From the NCBI GenBank assembly GCA_964480945.1, contig CAYZRX010000001.1, positions 48,584 through 112,583 on the forward strand: a DNA stretch of 64,000 bases, read 5' to 3'. This stretch comes from an uncultured Ignavibacteriaceae bacterium (GTDB lineage: Bacteria; Bacteroidota; Ignavibacteria; UBA10030). The notes under the pieces are model-generated. The model did no database searches and was not told the origin of the DNA. It was given only the letters and a program-made list of their open reading frames with translations. Every line of letters starts with the position of its first letter. Position 1 is the first letter of the stretch. The position numbers and the translations under genes are program-made. Positions 1 to 8,512 of the stretch are shown piece by piece.

Positions 1-147
1 GTTGTTGAGGCCCTTCGGATGAACCCCGGGCTCGCGAAGGGTGTCTGCGCGTTTCGAGGGGCTTGCACCAACGAAGCGATTGCGAGAGTTTTTGATTTCA
101 AAGCAAAGAGCATTTCTTCCTTGATCACGAGTACGGTCAAGCACTAA
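1..147 (+). CDS. 3' end of probable alanine dehydrogenase (partial, window edge)
   Basis: Frame 1 reads VVEALRMNPGLAKGVCAFRGACTNEAIARVFDF...KH* (TAA 145-147), resembling the AlaDH C-terminus (AL..NP.LAKG....G..TN.AVA). Confidence 0.55.
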   Translation, partial: VVEALRMNPGLAKGVCAFRGACTNEAIARVFDFKAKSISSLITSTVKH

Positions 148-166
148 ATCGGTTGGTACTCTTCTT

Positions 167-1486
167 ATGAGCTGGCTCGACCAATACAAACAAAAGAAGG
201 TTTCGCTCGACGAGGCGGTGGCCGTTGTGAAGTCGGGCGACAAGATCTTTGTGAGCGGGAACGCGGCAACACCGACATTGCTCGCGAGCGGGCTTGCCCG
301 CCGGAAAGACGAGTTGCACGATGTCGAAGTCAATCACATCCTCGTCCTCGGTGACGATCCGCTGTCGAAGCCGGGTATGGAGATGCACTTCCGGCATAAT
401 TCTCTGTTCGTCGGTGCAGCCGATCGTGAGGCGATCGCGGAGGGTCGCTCGGACTACGTTCCGGTCCATCTCTCAGAGATCCCGGCGCTGTTTACCGAGA
501 GAATCATTCCTCTTGACGTCGCGTTGATCCACGTCTCGCCTCCGGACGAACACGGGTTCATGAGTTTTGGCGTTGAATGTGCCGCATCGAAAGCGGCGGC
601 GGAGAGCGCGAGGGTGGTCGTTGCCCAAGTCAATGAGAAGATGCCACGGACCCTCGGAGACGTCTTCATCCACGTCTCACGGGTCGACAAAGTCGTTGAG
701 TGTTCGGAACCGCTCAAGACCCTCCCGCAGAGCGAGTCGTCGGAAATCGAGCGGAAGATCGCATCGCATATCGCTGATTTGGTCGAAGACGGGTCGACCC
801 TGCAACTGGGGATCGGCGGCATTCCGGATGCCGTCCTGGCTCTCCTGGAAGGAAAGAAGGACCTGGGGATCCACACGGAAATGGTGTCGGACGGCGTCGT
901 GAAGGCTATCGAACGCGGGATCATTACAAGTCAGAAGAAGACCCTGCACCCCGGCAAGGTCGTGGCAACGTTCGTGCTCGGAACGGCGGACCTCTACCCC
1001 TACGTTCACAACAACCCGCAATTCGAGATGCATCCGTGCAATTATACGAACAATCCCTTCATCGTCTCGCAAAATGTAAAGATGGTGGCCATCAATTCTT
1101 CGATCGAGGTCGATATCACGGGGCAGGTGTGTTCGGATTCGATCGGCAAACGGATCTACAGCGGGTTCGGTGGACAGGTCGATTTCATACGGGGAGCGGG
1201 GTATTCAAAAGGGGGCAAGCCGATCATCGCATTGTCGTCCACGGCGCGAGCCGGCGCCGTCTCGCGCATCGTGCCTCACTTGAAGTTGGGAGCGGGGGTC
1301 GTGACAACACGCGCGGACGTTCACTATGTTGCGACAGAATTCGGCGTTGCGTTCCTTCACGGCAAGAACCTCCGGCAGAGAGCAGAGGCCCTGATTGCCA
1401 TCGCCCATCCCGATTTCCAGGCGGAGCTCGAGCGTGCGGTACGAAAAGGAGACGTGCGGGAAGCTGCGGACAACGCCAGAAACTGA
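167..1486 (+). CDS. Acetyl-CoA hydrolase/transferase (4-hydroxybutyrate CoA-transferase-like)
   Basis: Motifs LQLGIGGIPDAV, LGIHTEM, GGQVDFIRGA, GAGVVTTRADVHYVATEFG, LIAIAHPDF. Confidence 0.92.
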   Translation: MSWLDQYKQKKVSLDEAVAVVKSGDKIFVSGNAATPTLLASGLARRKDELHDVEVNHILVLGDDPLSKPGMEMHFRHNSLFVGAADREAIAEGRSDYVPVHLSEIPALFTERIIPLDVALIHVSPPDEHGFMSFGVECAASKAAAESARVVVAQVNEKMPRTLGDVFIHVSRVDKVVECSEPLKTLPQSESSEIERKIASHIADLVEDGSTLQLGIGGIPDAVLALLEGKKDLGIHTEMVSDGVVKAIERGIITSQKKTLHPGKVVATFVLGTADLYPYVHNNPQFEMHPCNYTNNPFIVSQNVKMVAINSSIEVDITGQVCSDSIGKRIYSGFGGQVDFIRGAGYSKGGKPIIALSSTARAGAVSRIVPHLKLGAGVVTTRADVHYVATEFGVAFLHGKNLRQRAEALIAIAHPDFQAELERAVRKGDVREAADNARN

Positions 1487-1489
1487 CAA

Positions 1490-1855
1490 GTGGAGGATTG
1501 CGTGGACGTCTACTGGAAATCCATTCGAGAAAACATTTGTCGCATATGCACTCACGGCAACGGAACAGGAGAGTGCAGTCTCCCGAGCGGAGAGACGTGC
1601 GCGATTGAAACGTTCCTCCCCGAGATCGCGGAGATCGTTGCCACAGTTCGTTCAAAATCCTTTGAGCCGTACATCGATCTCCTTCGCGGCTCCATCTGCC
1701 CTCAGTGCGATCACCATGTGGGGGGCGGACAGTGTGTGAAGCGTGAGACGCTGGATTGCGCGCTCGATCGCTACTATCCGATGGTCCTTGAGGTCGTGGA
1801 AAGCGCCCGGGCGGAGATCGAACGTGACGGCAAAGTTGTCATGCGGCGTGTTTAG
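1490..1855 (+). CDS. Hypothetical Cys-rich protein with two C-x2-C-x8-C-x7-C repeats
   Basis: GTG start 3 nt after the upstream stop; internal duplication CRIC..C..CAIE / CPQC..C..CALD. Confidence 0.7.
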   Translation: MEDCVDVYWKSIRENICRICTHGNGTGECSLPSGETCAIETFLPEIAEIVATVRSKSFEPYIDLLRGSICPQCDHHVGGGQCVKRETLDCALDRYYPMVLEVVESARAEIERDGKVVMRRV

Positions 1856-1879
1856 CAGGATCTCTTCGCGAGGCGGGAT

Positions 1880-2143
1880 ATGGAACCGAAGCAGCTGAGG
1901 GAAAACTCTGTCAAGGTTCTTCTGCACGACGTTGATCGTATCAGCACGCTCATCTGCAGCGTCCAGACCGAGCTGGGATCGCTTGAGCATCCTCCGCGTG
2001 TCGAAAGCACGGTGTGCGTGATGAAGGAGCAATTGGGGGAGGTGCATACGAGGCTCGAGGGGGTTCGCGATTTTATCATCGCGTGTCAACGCCGGGTCAA
2101 CAAGAAAGCGGTCGAGGAAGAGGATATCGACATCTGGTTGTAG
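1880..2143 (+). CDS. Small hypothetical helical protein
   Basis: ATG preceded by GAGGCGGG; co-oriented with the upstream genes; followed by a hairpin. Confidence 0.55.
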   Translation: MEPKQLRENSVKVLLHDVDRISTLICSVQTELGSLEHPPRVESTVCVMKEQLGEVHTRLEGVRDFIIACQRRVNKKAVEEEDIDIWL

Positions 2144-2236
2144 GGGACTTCTCTCGGGGATCGTTGGACTTTGTTGAGGGGAAGGCGGGAAGCCTGATAC
2201 TCTGGCGCTCGACCCGACCCGTGCACGTCGTTGTGT

Positions 2237-2281
2237 CCGCCGAGCCCCGTGGAAGTTGACCTCTCCGACGCGGCTCGGCGG
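2237..2281. terminator. Hairpin between convergent genes
   Basis: CCGCCGAGCC...GGCTCGGCGG inverted repeat; no clear U-tract. Confidence 0.4.
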
Positions 2282-2309
2282 CTGGTTCTTGAGACGCTAG
2301 GTTGTTGTG

Positions 2310-3032
2310 TTAGCGGAAGCTCTGTTGCCAGTAGGTGGTGTTGGTCTTCTGATTGACGAGGAGAATCTGCTGGGGGACGACAGAGAATCTCGCTTCTTTG
2401 TTTCCCGCCCCTTTTCCCATCTGGACCTTGAATCGGACTTTGAAGAAGACGTCCCCCTCATCTTCCTTGGCAGCTTTCGCGATATCGCGGCCGACCCGCC
2501 ATCTGAAAGAGGGAGTGAACTTGAGATAGATGGAGGATGTCCGGTATCCTCTCTTGATCGAGTCCGCCAGGGCAACGTAGGTGTTCCTCGGAACTTCCGT
2601 CAGGATCGATGGGATGTTGTATGGTGCATCGACAACGCTGGGACAAGTGACGGCGTACAGCTGATTGTCGGCGTCATAGTGAACGAGCGATGCCTTGAAC
2701 AAGACGCCGAAGACGCGCTGGTTGAATTTCTTGTCTTTCATGTACTTCAGAATCTTGGCCAGATACTGCTGTCGCGCCTCGACAATCTTCTTCTCGAATT
2801 CCGTCGTCGTTTCGAATTCCGACTTCTCGCCAATCGCTTTCTGATAGTTGTCCGTCTCTTCCTTCAAAAACGTCCAGGCCTCTTTGAGGATGGGGCTAAA
2901 CTCAGCAGGGCTCAGGTTGTCTTCAGAGAGGGGATTCGCTGCTGTCTGCTGTGAACGCGACGGGGAGGGAAGAAGCGTCAACGCGGCGCAGATCGATGCT
3001 AGCCAGAGCAATCCTTTGTGTGTCGTTATCAT
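2310..3032 (-). CDS. Hypothetical exported protein
   Basis: Signal-peptide-like N-terminus (LLWLASICAALTLL); KSEFETTTEFEKK motif; RBS GGAGA; 9 nt downstream of hemY. Confidence 0.75.
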   Translation of the reverse strand: MITTHKGLLWLASICAALTLLPSPSRSQQTAANPLSEDNLSPAEFSPILKEAWTFLKEETDNYQKAIGEKSEFETTTEFEKKIVEARQQYLAKILKYMKDKKFNQRVFGVLFKASLVHYDADNQLYAVTCPSVVDAPYNIPSILTEVPRNTYVALADSIKRGYRTSSIYLKFTPSFRWRVGRDIAKAAKEDEGDVFFKVRFKVQMGKGAGNKEARFSVVPQQILLVNQKTNTTYWQQSFR

Positions 3033-3041
3033 ATCGTCTCC

Positions 3042-4466
3042 CTAGTTGATGTGGACGCTCGTCTCTTTGAGTGACTGCAAAACTCTATCGGCTGTCTCTC
3101 GGGCACTCTTCACACAGTCCCCAACCGAGATCCCACCTTTGAAATTGCTGCAGAACCACAGGCCTGAATGCTCTCCCTCGAACCGGCCGAGGGCCTCGAT
3201 TTTGTCCAAATGGCCCAATTCGTACTGGGGAATGGCTTTTTTCCAACGTGTCAACCTCAAATATACATGTTTTCCCTCAATTTGCATAATCTTTTTTACC
3301 TCGCTGAGAGCGAGATCACACAGCGCGTCTTCCCCCAAATCCACGAGATCCGGCTGCCGGCCGCCGCCAACGAACGCCGTAAGCGCCACGGTTCCGTCCC
3401 GCGCGCGATCAGGAAAGAGGCTGGAGGACCACAAGCAGCCCAGGATGTTCCGTCGCTCGCGCGAGGGTACGAGGAATCCGAATCCGGCCAAAGAATGATG
3501 AACGTCCTTCTTTTGAAAGCCCAGGAAAATCGACGCGACGGGAGAGTAGGGGATGGAATCGAGAATCGTGCCCGCCTCGACTGAGAGAGGTCTCACGATC
3601 GTTGAGGCAGCATAAGCCGGGATTGAGAGCACGACGCGGTCGACTGCGAGGGCTGCCGGTTGCCCTCCGTGAGAGTACTCGACGATGAACTTCACTCCGT
3701 CATCGATGCGGTCCTCGAGTCGGGTCGCCGGACGGACGCTCTTGACTTCGGCATCCTTCATGACACGGGATGGGAGGTCGCGTGCCAACGCAAGAGGGAG
3801 CGTTTGCATGCCGTGGAGAAAGGAGAACGACTCGGCGCGGTCCTTCGCCTTCTCGGCGCGCTTCTTACGCTCACGCCTTCCGCCGATCATTCCTTTGATC
3901 AGGCCGCCGTACTTTTCTTCGAGGGCGTACAAACGGGGGAACGCCGCACGGACGCTGAGCACTTCCGGCCGACCGGCGAAAATACCTGCGACGAAGGGAT
4001 CGATGGCGTAGTCGAGGAATTCCCGGCCCAGGCGTCGAACGACGAATTCGGCGATACTCTCCTCCTTGTTCGCGCGTCCGACGAAAGGCTCCTTGAGCAG
4101 GCGAAGTTTGGCCTTAGTGGAAAAGAGCCGGGAGGCGATGAAGGCAGGCGGACTCAGAGGCAACACGATCAGCCTTCCGTCGCGGAGGACGTAGCGATTC
4201 TCCCCGACGGGATTCGTGTACGTGAACTCCTTCTCGAGCCCACAGTCGGCAATGAGCTCTTTGAACAGTGGAGTCGTCTCGAGAGCATTGTTGGGTCCCG
4301 TCTCAACGAGAAACCCGCCGTCTCGAACGGTCTTCATCGTGCCGCCGACCTCACCCTGTCTCTCCAGTACGGCGACGTCTACCTGCTGTTTGTGAAGCCA
4401 GTGGGCTACTGACAGCCCTGATATCCCAGCGCCGACGATCGCCACCGTGACTCTTCTGGTCTCCAT
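3042..4466 (-). CDS. hemY: Protoporphyrinogen oxidase (HemY-type, FAD)
   Basis: GAGISGL FAD motif, ETGPN, GFGFLVP, RWKKAIPQY, GISVGDCV; located in the heme cluster. Confidence 0.93.
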   Translation of the reverse strand: METRRVTVAIVGAGISGLSVAHWLHKQQVDVAVLERQGEVGGTMKTVRDGGFLVETGPNNALETTPLFKELIADCGLEKEFTYTNPVGENRYVLRDGRLIVLPLSPPAFIASRLFSTKAKLRLLKEPFVGRANKEESIAEFVVRRLGREFLDYAIDPFVAGIFAGRPEVLSVRAAFPRLYALEEKYGGLIKGMIGGRRERKKRAEKAKDRAESFSFLHGMQTLPLALARDLPSRVMKDAEVKSVRPATRLEDRIDDGVKFIVEYSHGGQPAALAVDRVVLSIPAYAASTIVRPLSVEAGTILDSIPYSPVASIFLGFQKKDVHHSLAGFGFLVPSRERRNILGCLWSSSLFPDRARDGTVALTAFVGGGRQPDLVDLGEDALCDLALSEVKKIMQIEGKHVYLRLTRWKKAIPQYELGHLDKIEALGRFEGEHSGLWFCSNFKGGISVGDCVKSARETADRVLQSLKETSVHIN

Positions 4467-4470
4467 GGGC

Positions 4471-5454
4471 TTATTCTTCTCGGGCCAGTTTCAGCACCTC
4501 GTCGGCCAGCGCTTCGATGAGCTTAGGATGATCATTCAAGCCGGCCGTCATCTCAAAGTGCGTAATTCCGAGGCTCTGCGCTCTGTGGCGAGTTTCGATG
4601 TTGATTTCATGCAGCGTCTCGATGTGATCGGTCACGAAAGCGATCGGAATGACGAGCAGAGACCGGGCACCCTTCGATGCAAGTGAATCGATAGTTTCGT
4701 TCAGCGAAGGCTGAAGCCACTTCGCGGGCCCGACCTTGCTCTGATAGCAGAGGATGTGCGGATGCCGCCACTGCCCCCGTTCCAGAACCGACCGGACAGT
4801 CGCCTCGATCTGCCGCTGGTATGGATCCCCTTTCGCAATGATCGAAAGAGGGACCCCGTGCGCACTGAAGACCAACTGGACCCGTTCCGGCTCGACGCCT
4901 GAAAACTTCTTCAGCTCTCTGTTGATGTTGTCGACGACTGCATCGATATAGTTCGGATTGTCGTAGAAATGATCGACGATCTTCTGGCGAACCCCGTCCA
5001 ATCCGACACGAGCGCGCTCCCGGTTCCATTCATTGATGCTCGAGCCGGACGTGGTGATGGAGTACTGAGGGTACAACGGGAGGATGATGATCTCGTCGAA
5101 ACCGCCTGCCTTGACCTTCTCAGCGACGGGACTGGTTAAGGGATGCCAGTACCGCATCGCGACGAGGACGGTTGAGTTCATTGATCCTGCCAGCTTCACC
5201 TGAAGGGCTTCAGCCTGCGCGTTCGTGAGCTCGAGGATCGGCGATTTGCCACCGATCTGTGCATAGTTGCCGGCTGCCTTCTTCGATCGTCGGGAGGAGA
5301 TGAAGCGGGCAAGCGGTCTACGGAAGATCCTGGCGAAGGGGAAATTGATGATGTCGGGATCCATGAAGAGATTGAAGAGGAACGGCTCGACGGCCCCGAG
5401 CGAATCGGGACCGCCCAACTGGAAGAGGACCACGGCAATTTTTCTCGCGCTCAT
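4471..5454 (-). CDS. hemH: Ferrochelatase
   Basis: QLGGP, AMRYWHP, LPLYPQYS, FSAHGVP, YQSKVGPAKWLQP, FVTDHIETLHEI. Confidence 0.96.
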   Translation of the reverse strand: MSARKIAVVLFQLGGPDSLGAVEPFLFNLFMDPDIINFPFARIFRRPLARFISSRRSKKAAGNYAQIGGKSPILELTNAQAEALQVKLAGSMNSTVLVAMRYWHPLTSPVAEKVKAGGFDEIIILPLYPQYSITTSGSSINEWNRERARVGLDGVRQKIVDHFYDNPNYIDAVVDNINRELKKFSGVEPERVQLVFSAHGVPLSIIAKGDPYQRQIEATVRSVLERGQWRHPHILCYQSKVGPAKWLQPSLNETIDSLASKGARSLLVIPIAFVTDHIETLHEINIETRHRAQSLGITHFEMTAGLNDHPKLIEALADEVLKLAREE

Positions 5455-7484
5455 TGCTTCGTTTCTCCACCCTCCTCAAGATTCTTGGTGTCTGAATCGT
5501 CCCCAGCGGCCGGCGTGGAGAGGAACTCGAACGCCTTGTCGACGCTGGCGTGCGTCCCTACAAGAACGAGAGTATCGGCGCTCTCAATTCGAAAGTCGGG
5601 AGAGGGGGAGATGTACGGTTTGTCGCCCCGGACGACCGCGATCAGGTTCGCGCCGGTCTTCGCCCGCAAATCAAGCTCCAGCAATGTCTTGCCGGCGGTA
5701 ATGGACTCCGGCGTGACAAGGAATATATCCGACGTCCCGGCCGAAAGAAGTTGTGTCACGCGTTCCAATCCTCGAGAGGTCTGCGGCAGCCCTCGCAGCA
5801 TGCCGTAATTCTCATCGCGAATGACTTTGATCTGAGCGTTGATCACGTTCCGCGGAATGCGGTACTGGTCGAGCACGCGCGTGAAGATCTCGATCGAGGT
5901 TTCAAACTCTTCAGGGATCACTTCATCGGCTCCGAGTTTCTCGAGCTCCTCAACCTCTGAGACCATCCGCGTTCGGACGAGAATGTAGAGCTTTGGGTTC
6001 ATTGAGCGTGCGACGCGCACACCGGTGCGAGTCCCGTGAGGATCGGAAATTGCGAAGACGATCAGCCGCGCCTGCTGAATGCGACACTGGTGGAGGATCT
6101 CTTTCCGCGTCACGTCGCCGAACACGATCGGATGACCCCCTCGCCGGAGGTCTTTCACGAGATCGGCATTGGACTCGATGATAACATACGGGATGCCTGT
6201 CTCCTGCAATACCCGCGCGACGTTCTGACCATTGATCCCATACCCGACCACAATCACGTGGTCGACCAGGTGTTCACCGGGCTCACCCAGCGGCTCAAAT
6301 CCAAATTTGAGGAAGGGGAGGAAGTTCTGTGTCCGTTCAGCGAATGAAGGTGCGAACGCAATCAGCGGAGGGGAGAGGAGCATCGTGAAGATCGATGCGC
6401 TGAGGAAGTGCTGGTAGAGAACATCATCCAGCAGTCCGGCGGTCTGGCCGACCTTTGCGAGTACGAAGGAAAACTCGCCGATCTGTGCAAGACTCACAGC
6501 CGCAATGATTGACGATCGTAAGGGAGATCTCAACGTCCAGGCCACTGCAAGAACAACACAGGCTTTGAGGAGAAAGATTCCCGTACCAATGGCGAGGACC
6601 GGAAGCGGGTCTTGGGCGACGAGTTTCAGGTCCAACAGCATGCCGATGGAGATGAAAAACAGGCTTGCGAAGAGGTCGCGAAACGATGCGATCTCTGCGA
6701 CCACCTCGTGGCTGTACTCAGACTCCGAGACGATGAGCCCGGCGATGAAAGCCCCCAGGGCATAGGAGAACCCCAGGGAGGCGGTTGTTGCAGCTGCGAG
6801 CAGGCAGACGAGCAGCGAACCCATCAGGAATGCCTCGCGCACTCCCGTGCGGGCGATCTGGTGGAGAGCCCGCGGCATCAGAAAGCGGGCAAGGAAAAAG
6901 ATGACCACGATTGCGAGGGTGCTGAGGAGGAATCGGAGGGCGATGTCCGTGAGCGAGACTCCGTGGTGGCCGGCGAGCAAGGGGGTCAGCACGATCATGG
7001 GAACGATGCAGAAATCTTGAAAGAGAAGGATCCCGACGGACAAGCGGCCATGAGGCGTGCCCAGTTCGGACCTGTCGGCAAGCGTCTTGAGCACGATGGC
7101 GGTGCTGCTGAGGGCGATCAGGCAGCCCAGGAACACCGCGGTGTTGACACTGAACCCTGAGAAGGCAAACAGCGCCACCGTGAGGAGGATCGTCAGGGTT
7201 ACCTGCAGGCTCCCGCCTCCGAGGAATTGGCGTGAGATCGCGCGCAGATGGGCGAGGGAGAACTCAAGCCCCACGAAGAAGAGGAGCATCACGACGCCCA
7301 ACTCGGCGAAGACCTCGATCTGCTGGCGGTCATGGATGAAATCCAAACCCGTGGGACCGATGAGGAGGCCCGTCAGAAGAAATCCGACGACACTCGGGAG
7401 CCGCAGCGGCCGGCTAACAAAGATGACGAGGACAGCCGCAGCGAGAATAATGAGGAAATCGTTCAGGAACGAGAGCGGATACAT
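5451..7484 (-). CDS. CPA2-family cation:proton antiporter (Kef-type) with TrkA-N and TrkA-C domains
   Basis: Many TM helices, ILLFQD, LAQIGEFSFVL, VIVVGYGINGQ (RCK), C-terminal TrkA-C-like domain. Confidence 0.9.
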   Translation of the reverse strand: MYPLSFLNDFLIILAAAVLVIFVSRPLRLPSVVGFLLTGLLIGPTGLDFIHDRQQIEVFAELGVVMLLFFVGLEFSLAHLRAISRQFLGGGSLQVTLTILLTVALFAFSGFSVNTAVFLGCLIALSSTAIVLKTLADRSELGTPHGRLSVGILLFQDFCIVPMIVLTPLLAGHHGVSLTDIALRFLLSTLAIVVIFFLARFLMPRALHQIARTGVREAFLMGSLLVCLLAAATTASLGFSYALGAFIAGLIVSESEYSHEVVAEIASFRDLFASLFFISIGMLLDLKLVAQDPLPVLAIGTGIFLLKACVVLAVAWTLRSPLRSSIIAAVSLAQIGEFSFVLAKVGQTAGLLDDVLYQHFLSASIFTMLLSPPLIAFAPSFAERTQNFLPFLKFGFEPLGEPGEHLVDHVIVVGYGINGQNVARVLQETGIPYVIIESNADLVKDLRRGGHPIVFGDVTRKEILHQCRIQQARLIVFAISDPHGTRTGVRVARSMNPKLYILVRTRMVSEVEELEKLGADEVIPEEFETSIEIFTRVLDQYRIPRNVINAQIKVIRDENYGMLRGLPQTSRGLERVTQLLSAGTSDIFLVTPESITAGKTLLELDLRAKTGANLIAVVRGDKPYISPSPDFRIESADTLVLVGTHASVDKAFEFLSTPAAGDDSDTKNLEEGGETKQ

Positions 7485-7487
7485 GAC

Positions 7488-7522
7488 AAGTCAGAAATCA
7501 AAATTGAAAAATCAAAAATACA
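7488..7522. repeat. Degenerate heptamer tandem tract
   Basis: AAGTCAG AAATCAA AATTGAA AAATCAA AAATACA between the hemF stop and the antiporter start. Confidence 0.7.
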
Positions 7523-7533
7523 GGACCTCGCAG

Positions 7534-8436
7534 TTAGGTCGTCCAATCCTGGGGGCTTCTCAGAACCTGGACGAGCCGGTCCTCCGGCGAACCAGGGTCT
7601 GGGGTGGCATCGTAGCCCCAGCGGACAAGCGGCGGCAGTGACATGAGGATCGATTCGACCCGTCCCTGCGTCTCCAGTCCAAAAAGGGTCCCGCGATCAT
7701 AGATGAGGCTAAACTCGACGTAGCGACCGCGACGTGAGAGCTGCCATGCCTTCTCTCGTCCCCCCCACGGCAGATTCTTTCGGCGCTCCACGATGGGAAC
7801 ATACGACTCAAGGACGGAGTGCCCGCATGCGCGCACGAACGAGAAGAGAGTCTCAAAATCTCCCCGAAGATAGTCGAAGAATATTCCGCCGATGCCGCGC
7901 GCTTCACCCCGGTGTTTCACGAAAAAGTACTCGTCGCACCATTTCTTGAACTTGGGGTAGTACTCCGGATTGTGCCGATCGCACACCAGCTTCCACACCG
8001 AATGGAAATGCCGGGCATCTTCGTCGAAGAGACGGGAGGGGGTCAAATCTGAGCCCCCGCCAAACCAGGCGTCCGCGGTTCCGAGCTCGAGGTAGCGAAA
8101 GTTCGCGTGGACCGCCGGGACCATCGGGTTGAGGGGGTGGATGACGAGTGAAATGCCGGTTGCAGAAAAGGATTGGGGAGGAACGTTCATCCGGCGCGCG
8201 AGCACTTCTGTCAGTTCTCCCGAAACGGCGGACGTGTTCACGCCAGCCTTCTCGAAGAGCCCCCCGTCCTGCATCACCCTCGTCGTGCCGCCACCGCCGC
8301 CGGGGTGTGACCAGGTTTCTTCCCTGAAGTGACCTCTGGTGTCCAGCTCGTTCAGCTTCGCGCAGATGATATCCTGGAGCTCTTCGAAAAACTCGGTCGC
8401 GCGCTGCCTGTTCGGTTGGGTTCCCTGAGCATGCAT
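7534..8436 (-). CDS. hemF: Oxygen-dependent coproporphyrinogen III oxidase
   Basis: FEKAGVN, HPLNPMVPAVHANFRY, WFGGGSDLTP, RGIGGIFFD, RRGRYVEF, ESILMSLPP; start moved to ATG at 8436. Confidence 0.95.
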   Translation of the reverse strand: MHAQGTQPNRQRATEFFEELQDIICAKLNELDTRGHFREETWSHPGGGGGTTRVMQDGGLFEKAGVNTSAVSGELTEVLARRMNVPPQSFSATGISLVIHPLNPMVPAVHANFRYLELGTADAWFGGGSDLTPSRLFDEDARHFHSVWKLVCDRHNPEYYPKFKKWCDEYFFVKHRGEARGIGGIFFDYLRGDFETLFSFVRACGHSVLESYVPIVERRKNLPWGGREKAWQLSRRGRYVEFSLIYDRGTLFGLETQGRVESILMSLPPLVRWGYDATPDPGSPEDRLVQVLRSPQDWTT

Positions 8437-8512
8437 AGTGCTTCTTGTTGTCTTCCTTCTGCGGCTCGTGATTTCCTTGTCGCGGCAATCGAGTGAAGAA
8501 GGAGAACCGATC

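Noticed and set aside
1490-1855. c-type cytochrome
   Set aside because: CxxC motifs are followed by T and D rather than H, and there is no signal peptide
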